Shown: positions 49,472-58,535, counted from the first letter of the stretch. The stretch is 64,000 nucleotides of DNA from Actinokineospora sp. (GCA_052390155.1 JBQTHF010000034.1); one strand, 5' to 3'. A program made the numbers and translations. Notes: generated by a model not told the origin, from the letters alone.

Positions 49472-50257
49472 TCACCCGAGTGAGACGAGGGTCGTGCCGT
49501 CGTCGGCGGGGAGGTTCGGTTCCGCGACGGCGAAGACGTGGGCGGTGATCAGCTCGGCGGCGTTCGGCGTGGTGAGGAACGCCGTGTCCGCCGCGTCACG
49601 GCCGGTGGCGATCCGCACGAACGACGGCCGAGGGGCGAGGCGGGTCGCGTCGAAGACGTACCAGTGGTCGCCGATGGCCGCTTCGAAGACGGCGTGGAAG
49701 TCCATCGGGAACAGGCCCGGCGCGTAGACGGACACGAAGCGCGCCGGGATGTCGAGGGCGCGGCACAGGGCGATGCAGACGTGCGCGTAGTCCCGGCAGA
49801 CGCCTTCGGCGGTCAGCAAGGTGTCCACGGCGTCGTCGGTCGGCCCGCTCGAACCGCCCACATAGGACAGATACCCGGTCGCGTACGCCACGATGGCACG
49901 CACCTGGTCGGCAGGCGCGCGGGTGTCGCCGAAGGTGCGCACCGCGAAGCCGCCGAGCCGGTCCGACGGGCAGAAGCGACTCGGCCGCAGGTAGGTGATC
50001 CGATCGGCGGCGGTGACCGGGTTGCGGCCGTGGCTGTAGCGGTGGGTGGCCGCGTAGCCGACAGTGACCTCGCCCGCGTCGGCACCGATGACGTGCACCC
50101 GCGTGCCGTGCGGGAAGTCGACGGTGCGCACGGAACCGGCGTGGCGCAGCGTCTCGGCCTGCACCCCGTGCGCCACGGCGATCGAGAACACCAGGTCGCC
50201 GGGGGTGCTCAGCCGCACACCCAACTCCACCTCGATCCGACAAGTCTCGACCATCAC
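49472..50257 (-). CDS. transglutaminase-like cysteine peptidase family protein
   Basis: EGVCRDYAHVCIALCRALDIPARFVSVY (catalytic Cys context), then a downstream His (FHAVFEA) and Asp (YVFDAT). An inverted repeat, GGTGATCCACAG/CTGTGGATCACC, spans its stop codon. Confidence 0.8.
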   Translation of the reverse strand: MMVETCRIEVELGVRLSTPGDLVFSIAVAHGVQAETLRHAGSVRTVDFPHGTRVHVIGADAGEVTVGYAATHRYSHGRNPVTAADRITYLRPSRFCPSDRLGGFAVRTFGDTRAPADQVRAIVAYATGYLSYVGGSSGPTDDAVDTLLTAEGVCRDYAHVCIALCRALDIPARFVSVYAPGLFPMDFHAVFEAAIGDHWYVFDATRLAPRPSFVRIATGRDAADTAFLTTPNAAELITAHVFAVAEPNLPADDGTTLVSLG

Positions 50258-50313
50258 CCCATGATCTGTGACAGCTTCGGCTTACGCCGGGCCAACTCGA
50301 CACCGTGCCGTTC

Positions 50314-50550
50314 CGGTGATCGGTGATCGGTGATCGGTGGTGGCTGGTGGCTGGTCCTTTCGTTCTGGTGGTCCGGCGGAGGGGTGCTGGGATGCGGCGG
50401 CGTTGTGCGGGTGGTGGCGGGTGGATGGGGGTTGATGGGTATGGCCACGGGGTCTTTGGGCGGTGCCGAAGTTGGATGGGCTGCCCGAGGGTGGATGGGT
50501 GGGCAGAGGTTGGATGGGTGGAAAGAGGATGTGGGGCAGAGGTTGGAGGA
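50314..50550. repeat. G-rich iterated-motif tract (heptamer repeats plus TGGATGGG iterons)
   Basis: (CGGTGAT)3 at 50314-50334 continues into a short run of related GGT-rich heptamers. TGGATGGG is exact at 50422, 50473, 50492 and 50511, with the variant TTGATGGG at 50432. GGGCAGAGGTTGGA is exact at 50501 and 50534. Confidence 0.9.
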
Positions 50551-51387
50551 GTGCTGTCAGCGAAGCCGCGGGTGCTGTATGTGACTGACCTGGCCTATCC
50601 CGCCGCGGGTAGGCGGTATGGGGATGAGGACATCGCGCTGGCCGGGCGGTTGCGCGACGAATTCACCGTGGTGCTTTGCCATCCGCTGGACGCCTTGGCG
50701 GTGATGGACGGGTTCGATGTGACCGTGGTCCGCAACAGCGGGCCGGTTGTGCACTACCGCGAGGGCTACGAGCTGTTCCGGGCGCATGCTCTCGCGGGCG
50801 GGCACAAGGTCTTCAACGAACTCACCGGCAGCGCGGACATGGTCGGCAAGCGGTACCTGGTCGACCTGTGCCGTGCCGGCTACCCCGTCATCCCCACCGT
50901 CGACGACCCCGCCGACCTCGGGCGGCTGCCCGTGGTCGCCGAGTACGTCGTGAAGCCCAAGTTCGGGTCCGACTCGATCGGGCTCACGATGGTGGCGCGC
51001 AACCACCTGGCCGCCACGTCTCTCGTTGACATGTTGGTGCAGCCGCGGGTGGACTTCGAATACGAAGTCTCGTTCTATTTCGTGGACGACTCCTTTCAGT
51101 ACGCGTTGTACGCCCCCGATCCCGGACATCGGTGGCGGTTGGTGCCTTACCGGCCATCGGCGGCCGATCTCGGGTTCGCTCGACGCTTCGTCGAGTGGAA
51201 TGGGATCCGCCATGGGATACAGCGGATCGATGCTTGCCGCACCCGGCAGGGAGAACTGCTGCTGGTCGAGGTCGAGGACCTCAATCCCTTTCTGTCGCTG
51301 GAGGTGCTCGACGGCGACACCCGCGCTCGGTTCGAGCGGGCGGTTGCCGACGCGCTGCACCGGTTGCTCCGAGAGGGTGCGGGCTGA
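50551..51387 (+). CDS. stand-alone ATP-grasp domain protein (RimK-like ligase fold)
   Basis: The YVVKPKFGSDSIGL, EYEVSFYFVD, RIDACR and LLLVEVEDLNPFLSLE pattern is the ATP-grasp fold. The start is uncertain (GTG 50551 or 50572). The upstream part of the track ORF is the G-rich repeat. Confidence 0.65.
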   Translation: MLSAKPRVLYVTDLAYPAAGRRYGDEDIALAGRLRDEFTVVLCHPLDALAVMDGFDVTVVRNSGPVVHYREGYELFRAHALAGGHKVFNELTGSADMVGKRYLVDLCRAGYPVIPTVDDPADLGRLPVVAEYVVKPKFGSDSIGLTMVARNHLAATSLVDMLVQPRVDFEYEVSFYFVDDSFQYALYAPDPGHRWRLVPYRPSAADLGFARRFVEWNGIRHGIQRIDACRTRQGELLLVEVEDLNPFLSLEVLDGDTRARFERAVADALHRLLREGAG

Positions 51388-51414
51388 GCGGGCCTTGTGT
51401 CCTTTGTGGACTGT

Positions 51415-51948
51415 CTAGTCGGGAATCACGGCAGCGTCCCGGCCGACCAGTTCGGCTGTCTCCTGGGTGAGGAGCCTGCCCGCGACGTCCGGGTCGCAGC
51501 CGACTCGGGCGAGGCGGGCACGGATGGCCGCGGGTGAGCGCTCCCGGGCGGCGGCCAGTTCGCGGATAGCCGAAGTGGCCGGGGTATGGGTCGCGAGGGT
51601 GAGCCACTCCACCCGCAACGCCGTGTCCTGTTCGGACGTCCACGGCGCGTGCGAGTTGCCCACTCGGCGGCGGACTCGTCTGCCCTCGAAGGTCGAGATG
51701 GCCGTCAGCGCCTGTTGCATCAGCTTCGCTGTCTCCGTCGCGCCGCCCGCGGGCAGACGCAGCGTGCCCTCGGCGACGATGCTGCCCGCGTCGTCGGCCC
51801 CGACGAGGTCGAGGCCGAGGTCGCCGCCATCCTGGGCGGCGATTGTCAGCGCGTAGGTGATGTCGCGGAGCTTGCTGGTGTATTCCATGGTGAATGTCAT
51901 GGAGGGGACGGTACGGGGGAGACGGGGGTACGCGGGGAAACTATCCAC
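51415..51948 (-). CDS. hypothetical protein
   Basis: 177-aa ORF, probably starting at MTFTMEY (51900). The C-half, PWTSEQDTALRVEWL...IRELAAARERSPAAIRARLARVG, looks like a Myb/SANT-type or HTH segment. Confidence 0.45.
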   Translation of the reverse strand: MDSFPAYPRLPRTVPSMTFTMEYTSKLRDITYALTIAAQDGGDLGLDLVGADDAGSIVAEGTLRLPAGGATETAKLMQQALTAISTFEGRRVRRRVGNSHAPWTSEQDTALRVEWLTLATHTPATSAIRELAAARERSPAAIRARLARVGCDPDVAGRLLTQETAELVGRDAAVIPD

Positions 51949-51953
51949 AGGGG

Positions 51954-52211
51954 TCAGATGGACCGGTGGCGGCGGCCGATCCGGTCGTGCTTGGACTCGG
52001 GAAACGGCTCTTCGGCAGGCTCCAGGTCGGTGCGCTCACGTTCTTCGCGCAGGATGGTCGACACCGTGTGATCCGCCCGTCGCAGCCGCCAGCCGACGAA
52101 GGTCATGACGATCGCCGTGGTGGCGATCCACAGTGCAGTTACCATCCCGGGATCACTCGCTTCACCTGTTACCCCTGCGCCAGGCAGGTACCACCAAGGT
52201 TCCCATTCCAT
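51954..52211 (-). CDS. hypothetical small membrane protein
   Basis: One clear TM helix (MVTALWIATTAIVMTFVGW) followed by a charged tail. The start is uncertain. Confidence 0.35.
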   Translation of the reverse strand: MEWEPWWYLPGAGVTGEASDPGMVTALWIATTAIVMTFVGWRLRRADHTVSTILREERERTDLEPAEEPFPESKHDRIGRRHRSI

Positions 52212-52302
52212 GCGCCCACGTGCAGGTGATTCGTGGATGGGGGGCGTAATTGCGCCCTAACAGAGCAACGGGTTACGCCTCTGGGTGACCGGATTCAGGC
52301 GG

Positions 52303-53580
52303 CTACTTGGCGGGTTCGCACGGCAGCTCGACGCCGATGGCTTCCTCGGGCGTCGGGTGGGGTTGACCGCCGTGGTGGTCGCGCGGGAGCGTCTCGCGGG
52401 CGGGCAGCCAGACCATCGCCGCGACCAGTGCCAGCGCCCCGGTCACCACGAACGAGGCGCCGAAGGAGATCTGGTCGGCGAGCAGACCGGCGATGATCGG
52501 ACCCAGGATCGCGCCCACGTCGGCAGCCATCTGGAAGGTGGCGAGCACCTGCCCGCCGCGCGCCTTGGCGCCGATGACATCGGCCACCGCGGCCTGCTGC
52601 GGCGGTGTGAGCAGGCCGGAACCGAGTCCGGTGACGGCGGTCGCGATCAGGAACTCCGGCACCGATTGGGTGAATCCGACCCAGCTCATGCCGCCCGCCG
52701 ACACCAGCAGGCCCAACAGGATCGGCGGCTTGCGCCCCCAGCGATCGGAGATCCGCCCGGACATCAGCAGCGTGGCCACGTTGCCCGCGGCGAACACCGC
52801 CAGCGCGGTGCCCGCGAACGCGTCCTCGCGCTGCAGCACCTCGGTGATGAACAGCGGCACCAGCGAGACCCGGACGCCGAAGACCGCCCATCCGTTGGCG
52901 AAGCTCGACACCAGAGCGGCGCGGTAGCCGCTGTTGCGCAGGGCTGACCGCAGCGGGAAAACTGGTCCGCCGTCCTCACCCGCGGGCGCGATCAGGGTGG
53001 ACCGCCGCAGGAACAGCCAGACGAGGGCGATGGCGACCAACAGCGATCCGGCGTAGACCAGGAACGGCGCGCGCAGCGAGATCGCGATCAGGCCCCCGCC
53101 TGCCAGTGGACCAGCCACGTTGCCGAGCAGGAAGCTGGTGCCCCACAGCCCCGACGCGCGGCCACGCAGCGTGGCTGGGGCGAGGTGGACGAGCAAGGCG
53201 ATACCCGAAACGGTGAACATCGTGGAGCCGGTGCCCGCGAGCGCGCGCAACGCGACGAGCTGCCAGTACTCGTCGACGAAGGCGCACGCGCCGGTGGTGA
53301 CCGCGACGATGAGCAACCCGGTCAGGTAGACCCAGCGTTCCCCGAGTCGGGTGACGAGGCGGCCGCTGACCGGGGCGAACAGGAGCCGGGCCATCGCGAA
53401 CGCGCTGACCACGAACGACGCGGCGGTGACGCTGACGTCGAAACTTCGGGCGAACGTGGGCAGTGCGGGCGCCACGAGGCCGAACCCGATCGCGATCACG
53501 AAGTTCGCGGCCACCAGGACCCATACTTCGCGTGGAAGGGTGTCGGGCGTCCGCGGTGTCGTGACCGGTGCCGCACTCAC
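52303..53580 (-). CDS. MFS transporter
   Basis: 425 aa from GTG 53580 (GGAGGGG SD). Twelve hydrophobic segments and the loop motifs PVSGRLVTRLGER and GRISDRWGRK. Confidence 0.88.
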   Translation of the reverse strand: MSAAPVTTPRTPDTLPREVWVLVAANFVIAIGFGLVAPALPTFARSFDVSVTAASFVVSAFAMARLLFAPVSGRLVTRLGERWVYLTGLLIVAVTTGACAFVDEYWQLVALRALAGTGSTMFTVSGIALLVHLAPATLRGRASGLWGTSFLLGNVAGPLAGGGLIAISLRAPFLVYAGSLLVAIALVWLFLRRSTLIAPAGEDGGPVFPLRSALRNSGYRAALVSSFANGWAVFGVRVSLVPLFITEVLQREDAFAGTALAVFAAGNVATLLMSGRISDRWGRKPPILLGLLVSAGGMSWVGFTQSVPEFLIATAVTGLGSGLLTPPQQAAVADVIGAKARGGQVLATFQMAADVGAILGPIIAGLLADQISFGASFVVTGALALVAAMVWLPARETLPRDHHGGQPHPTPEEAIGVELPCEPAK

Positions 53581-53713
53581 CCGTGACCCCTCCAGAAAGT
53601 TGTTAGCCAAGCGAACTATAAGGGTCGTCAACCCGATCGGGTCAACCAGCGACACAACCCGTGAATTCCGGGTACCTGAGGGTCGCCACGTTGAGTTGAA
53701 CAAAGGAACGCCG

Positions 53714-53905
53714 ATGTCTGAGCCGCTCGACACCGTCGAGGTCACCGCTGTGCTCGCCAAGCTGGCCGAGGCCGAGCGCGACGCGCGCGACCTGACCACC
53801 GACGAGACCTACCGGCTGGGCCAGGCCGCAGGCTTGGAACTCGCGCAGCGGATTGTGCGTGAGCTGGCCGGCCTGCCGGTGGAGGCAGACTCCGACCGCA
53901 CCTGA
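53714..53905 (+). CDS. hypothetical small acidic protein (63 aa)
   Basis: AAAGGAA lies 5 nt before ATG 53714. The protein is predicted helical (LAKLAEAERDARDL...) and has GC3-rich codons. Confidence 0.4.
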   Translation: MSEPLDTVEVTAVLAKLAEAERDARDLTTDETYRLGQAAGLELAQRIVRELAGLPVEADSDRT

Positions 53906-54127
53906 GCCGTCTGCCGACGTCGCGTCGGCGGAACGCGGCTATCCTGGCGCCGAACAGCACGACCGCGATTCCGCGCACGCACGCGGTCGGCCTGTCTGGG
54001 CGACTCGCCGAGCAGGTCGCGGGCCGGACGGGTCGGCCGGTGGCGTGGCAGGTGTCGGGCTGGATCGGGGCGAACGCGCGGGTCACCAGGGTCGAACTCG
54101 CGCAGGCGCTGGATCCCGCCGACGTCG

Positions 54128-54310
54128 GCCGGTGCCCGGGACGCGCTCGACGAACCTGCACCGCCAGGTCAGGTCCGTGCCGCCCGCTTCGCGGGGTACC
54201 AGGGTGATCTCGCCGCGGTAGTCCTTGATCGGCGCCGGGGAGCGCAGCGCGTGGACGTGCCTGCGGTCCTGCTCGTACTCCAGGGTCTCCTCGCGCAGCA
54301 GGAACGGCTT
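54128..54310 (-). pseudogene. C-terminal fragment of an SRPBCC (START/polyketide-cyclase-like) gene
   Basis: The minus-strand translation KPFLLREETLEYEQDRRHVHALRSPAPIKDYRGEITLVPREAGGTDLTWRCRFVERVPGTG fits the SRPBCC C-half. There is no start codon, no N-half and no normal C-terminus. Confidence 0.45.
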
Positions 54311-54390
54311 GCGCGCTCGACCGTGGGCTACCTCCCGGGGGCTGTGGACAGATTCATCGTGACATCCCGATCTCCGCGTAATCTCACGGT

Positions 54391-56046
54391 ATGACCACTG
54401 GGGACGACATCTTGACCCTCGCCGACGAGCTGCTCGCGCTGAGATTCGCCGACGAACCGCTCGGCGCCACGCTCTACGGCGTGCCCGGATACGACGACCG
54501 CCTGGGCGATCCGTCCGAGCAGGCCGAGCAGGTCGTGCGCGCCGAGGCCCTCGACATCGCCGCGCGCGCCGACGCGCTGAGCGGACTGTCCGGGCAGGAC
54601 GTCATCACCGCCAAGGTGGTCGCGCAGCAGGCCCGCGCGGCCGTCGACCGGATCGACTCCCGGATGATCGAGTACACGGTCACCGACCTCTTCGTCGGGC
54701 CTGCCGCCGGGCTGCTGGCGTATCTGCCGATGGTCGTGCTGCCCGACGCCGAGCGTGGCCGGTCGTACCTGAGCAGGCTGCGCGCCGTACCGGCCTATCT
54801 GGACGCTGTCGCCGCCCGGCACCGCGCGGGGGTGGCGGTGGGGCGGGTGCCCGTCCGCAGGCTGCTGGACGCGGCCGTCGCACAGCTCGACCGCTACCTC
54901 GACGCGGATACTCCCGACCCGCTGCTCGCCCAGCGGCTCGCGGGCGAGGACGACGGGTTCGCCGCCGAGCGGGCGAGCGTCGTCGCCGACCTGGTCCGTC
55001 CGGCATTCGCGCGGTACCGCGCCGCCCTGGTCGACATCGCGCCGCACGCCCGGCCGGACGAGCGGCCCGGCCTCTGCGCGCTGCCCGGGGGTGACGCGGC
55101 CTACGCCGCGTTGTCGCGGGTGCACACCACCACCGACCGCACCCCGGAAGCCCTGCACCAGACCGGTCTGGACATCATCGCCGCGCTGCGCGAGGAGTAC
55201 GCGGAGCTCGGTGCTCGGGTGTTCGGCACCAGCGACCAGGCGGAGGTCTTCGCTCGGCTCATCGCCGACCCGGCGCTGCGCTGGAACGACGGCGACGAGC
55301 TGATCGCGCACGCCCGGGCCACGATCGACCGGGCCGAGGCCGAGGCGCCGAACTGGTTCGGCACCCTGCCCGGCCAGCGCTGCCTGGTGGAGCCGGTGCC
55401 CGAGGTGGACGCGGCGGGCGCGCCTGCCGCGTACTACATGCAGCCCTCGCTCGACGGCCTGCGCCCCGGTGTCTACTACGCCAACACCGACCGCGCCCAC
55501 GAGCGCGACCGGTTTCTGTCCGAGGTCACCGCGTTCCACGAGGCCGTGCCCGGCCACCACTTCCAGCTCACCATCGCCCTGGAGCTGACCGACCTGCCTC
55601 TGGTGCGCAGGCTCGCCGACGTCAACGCGTACTCCGAGGGCTGGGGCCTCTACACCGAACGCCTGGCCGAGGAGATGGGCCTCTACTCCGACGACGTGGC
55701 CCGCTTCGGCATGCTCGCCATGGACTCGATGCGTGCCGGGCGGCTGGTGGTCGACACCGGCCTGCACGCCAAGGGCTGGACCCGCGAACAGGCCGTGACC
55801 TACTTACGCGAGAACACGCCGCTGTCCGCGCTGGAGATCGGCCGCGAGGTCGACCGCTACATCGCCTTCCCCGGCCAGGCGCTGTCCTACATGGTCGGCA
55901 GGCTGGAGCTCCAACGCATCCGGTCCGCCGCCGAGGCCCGGCTCGGCGACCGGTTCGACATTCGCGCCTTCCACGACCAGGTGCTGTGCAACGGCGCGCT
56001 GCCGCTCACGGTGCTGGAGGAGGTGATCGCCGATTGGGCAGGCTGA
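54391..56046 (+). CDS. DUF885-family protein (putative metallopeptidase-like)
   Basis: 551 aa. TAFHEAVPGHHFQ and SEGWGLYTERLAEEMG are hallmarks of DUF885. Confidence 0.85.
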   Translation: MTTGDDILTLADELLALRFADEPLGATLYGVPGYDDRLGDPSEQAEQVVRAEALDIAARADALSGLSGQDVITAKVVAQQARAAVDRIDSRMIEYTVTDLFVGPAAGLLAYLPMVVLPDAERGRSYLSRLRAVPAYLDAVAARHRAGVAVGRVPVRRLLDAAVAQLDRYLDADTPDPLLAQRLAGEDDGFAAERASVVADLVRPAFARYRAALVDIAPHARPDERPGLCALPGGDAAYAALSRVHTTTDRTPEALHQTGLDIIAALREEYAELGARVFGTSDQAEVFARLIADPALRWNDGDELIAHARATIDRAEAEAPNWFGTLPGQRCLVEPVPEVDAAGAPAAYYMQPSLDGLRPGVYYANTDRAHERDRFLSEVTAFHEAVPGHHFQLTIALELTDLPLVRRLADVNAYSEGWGLYTERLAEEMGLYSDDVARFGMLAMDSMRAGRLVVDTGLHAKGWTREQAVTYLRENTPLSALEIGREVDRYIAFPGQALSYMVGRLELQRIRSAAEARLGDRFDIRAFHDQVLCNGALPLTVLEEVIADWAG

Positions 56047-56202
56047 CACACGGCGCGGACGTGGCGGCGGAGGGCGGGCTTCGACGCGACGGGCGGTGAG
56101 CGGCGCGATCTCGGCCACCCGCCGACCTCGCGTCAAGGTCGACCCAGCGGTGCCCAGAGTCGGCCCACATCCAGCGGGGTCGAGAGCGGTGGTGATTGAG
56201 GC

Positions 56203-57087
56203 TCAGCGGACGCGGGCGCTCGACAGCACGGACTGGACGGTCGACTCGGGGAGAACCTTCGGGCTGGGCGGGCCGCCGCCCAGGTCGTTGGTGACCACGA
56301 GCAGGGCTATCCCGCTCGGGTTGTCCGCGGTCGCGTTGTCCAGGTCGACCGCCAGTACGGCGACCTCGCCCGCGCTGGCCTCGCAGTCAGGCTTGGTGGG
56401 GTTGGGCGTGACCTTCGCGCTCACCAGCACGGCTTTCTTGCCGCCGATCTCGCTGGCGCGCGCGGTTGGCGCGCCGAGTTGCGACGACGGGTAGAAGTTC
56501 GCGGCGAACGCCTTGGCGAACGTGGTGGCCGTCTGCTCCGGGTCGAGCACCTTGTCCTTGGTGTTCTGCACGGCCGCGCTCACCGCGAAGGTGCGGGTGT
56601 AGCCCTTGCCGCCGCACTGGTAGGCGCCGTAGACGGCGGCGCCGGTGAAGTCGACGTCGAGCACCTTGACCTTGGCGGCGGGTTCGGGCTGCCAGTCGGC
56701 GGGTACCCGGTAGTCCAGCCGGGCGGCCGCGTTCTCGATGGTGCGGCCGTCGGCCGGGCCGGTCGAGGGCAGGCTGGACCGGGTGGTGCTCGGCCGCGTG
56801 CTCGGTGGGCCGCTGGGCTTGCGGCTGGGCGCGGCTGAACTCGTCGGGGCGGCTGTCGGGTCCGGGGTACCGCCGTTCCGGTTGACCAGCACGATTGTGA
56901 TCACGGTTCCGACAATGACCACGATGGCGATGATGCTGAGGATCGCGGGCAGTTTCGACGGGCCACCGGGCGCCCGGGGCGCGTCGAATCCGCCCGGGTG
57001 TACGGGTGCCGTCGAATGGCTTGGCGCATAGCGATCCCGCTGCTGGTCCCAACTCCCGGAACCGTCGTCACCCTGCCATCCCGTCAC
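56203..57087 (-). CDS. membrane-anchored extracellular protein with Pro/Ser/Thr linker
   Basis: From GTG 57087: a cytoplasmic tail, a TM helix (LPAILSIIAIVVIVGTVITIVLV), a PST-rich linker and a globular domain of about 170 aa. No named domain recognised. Confidence 0.55.
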   Translation of the reverse strand: MTGWQGDDGSGSWDQQRDRYAPSHSTAPVHPGGFDAPRAPGGPSKLPAILSIIAIVVIVGTVITIVLVNRNGGTPDPTAAPTSSAAPSRKPSGPPSTRPSTTRSSLPSTGPADGRTIENAAARLDYRVPADWQPEPAAKVKVLDVDFTGAAVYGAYQCGGKGYTRTFAVSAAVQNTKDKVLDPEQTATTFAKAFAANFYPSSQLGAPTARASEIGGKKAVLVSAKVTPNPTKPDCEASAGEVAVLAVDLDNATADNPSGIALLVVTNDLGGGPPSPKVLPESTVQSVLSSARVR

Positions 57088-57367
57088 GCGGGCGACGATA
57101 GCTCGGCCCGCGCCTTGTCGTGGGCCTTTCGAGTGATAACAGGGGGGACCTCCGCGTCGATTGAGTAGACAACCTACGGATCCGTCACCCCGAGGAGTGA
57201 CTCGATTTGGCCATTGAGTAGAGTCCGGCCTCGCTGGGTGGCGGGTGATCATTTCCCCAATCGGGGCGAGTTGATCTATTGGCCGCCTGGTGGCGGCGGG
57301 CTCTGGAGAATCCACGCCGCATCCAGGTCTCAGGGGATCGACGTTCGGACCATTCGAAGGAGTGTCA

Positions 57368-58525
57368 ATGGGCAGTCGCTGGAACCTCGGCCGCGCGGGC
57401 GCCGCGCTCGCCGCCGCAACGGTCATGGTCTCGATGGCGGCACTGCCCGCCTCGGCCGAGGCCGCGCGCGGCAGGCTGACCGACGCCAAAACCGAGGGCG
57501 TCTCGGTCAACATCGTCGGCAAGTCCGACTCGCTACAGGCTTCGCTGCTGCACCTGAAGCTGAGTGACGGCACGGTGCTGAAGATGTACTGCGTCGAGAT
57601 CAACGTCGGCGCCAGCCGCGACCAGGACATGGTCGAGGTGGCGTGGGACTCCTACCCCAACGACGACTCGCCGTTCAACGACAACCGGGGCAAGATCAAC
57701 TGGGTGCTGCACCACGGCTTCCCGTCGACCTCGCTGAAGACCCTCAACGACCTCGACCTGGCGTGGGGCGAGGACGGGCTCGAAGAGCACGAGGCCATCT
57801 CCGCGACGCAGGCCGCCGTGTGGCACTTCAGTGACGACGTCGACCTCAACCTCGACAACCCGTCCACCCGCGCGGACGCCAACGACGACATCCGCGCGCT
57901 CTACAAGTACCTGGTCGACAACGCCAAGGACGACAAGGAGCAGCCGACCCCCGCGCTGGAGATCAACCCGGCCGAGGTCGACGGCGAGGCGGGCAAGCTC
58001 GTCGGTCCGTTCAAGGTGACCACCAACGGCACCATCACCAAGCTGACCGCGGACCTGCCCGACGGCGTCGAGGTCACCGACGGCCAGGGCAACGTGCTGA
58101 CCGCCGACAAGATCAAGAACGGCACCGAGGTCTTCCTCAAGGTCCCGGCGGACGCCGAGGCGGGCGAGGGCGGCTTCAAGCTGTCGGTCGAGTCCAAGCT
58201 GGACACCGGTCGGCTGTTCGTCGGCGAGGACTACGTCAAGAACCCGGCGCAGTCGCTGATCGTGGCCGAGTCGGAGAACGCCAAGCTCGACGCCGAGGCG
58301 AAGGGCTCGTGGACGGTCACGCCGACCACGCCGCCGACCACCACCACCCCGCCTGCCACGACGGTCCCCCCGACGACCACCACCACCGTGGCGCCCGCGC
58401 CGCAGCCCAAGAACGACCTGCCGGACACCGGCGCGTCGATCCTGCTGCCGGTGCTGATCGGTCTCGGTCTGGTGGGCGCCGGTGCCGGTGCCCTGATCTA
58501 CCAGCGCCGCCGCAAGTCGGCGTAA
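57368..58525 (+). CDS. thioester-domain (TQXA) surface protein with LPXTG cell-wall anchor
   Basis: GAAGGAG lies before ATG 57368, followed by a signal peptide. Cys in LKMYCVEINV and Gln in ISATQAAVWHF form the Cys-Gln thioester pair. A PT-rich stalk follows, then LPDTG, a TM helix and an RRRK tail. Confidence 0.85.
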   Translation: MGSRWNLGRAGAALAAATVMVSMAALPASAEAARGRLTDAKTEGVSVNIVGKSDSLQASLLHLKLSDGTVLKMYCVEINVGASRDQDMVEVAWDSYPNDDSPFNDNRGKINWVLHHGFPSTSLKTLNDLDLAWGEDGLEEHEAISATQAAVWHFSDDVDLNLDNPSTRADANDDIRALYKYLVDNAKDDKEQPTPALEINPAEVDGEAGKLVGPFKVTTNGTITKLTADLPDGVEVTDGQGNVLTADKIKNGTEVFLKVPADAEAGEGGFKLSVESKLDTGRLFVGEDYVKNPAQSLIVAESENAKLDAEAKGSWTVTPTTPPTTTTPPATTVPPTTTTTVAPAPQPKNDLPDTGASILLPVLIGLGLVGAGAGALIYQRRRKSA

Positions 58526-58535
58526 CGCAACGCAC

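Noticed and set aside
50323-50550. N-terminal extension of the ATP-grasp ORF (MIGDRWWLVAG...GWMGVDGYG...)
   Set aside because: It is a translation of the G-rich iteron tract, giving Gly/Trp/Arg-rich low-complexity sequence. Homology to the ATP-grasp fold starts only around 50560.
50314-50550. CRISPR array
   Set aside because: The repeat units are 7-14 nt with no unique spacers of regular length, and no cas genes are present.
38206-52300. Prophage or integrative element at the three tRNA genes
   Set aside because: No integrase, excisionase, phage structural or conjugation genes are present. I could not find an att-type duplication of a tRNA 3' end. Only small islets and a 10-bp flank repeat are reported.
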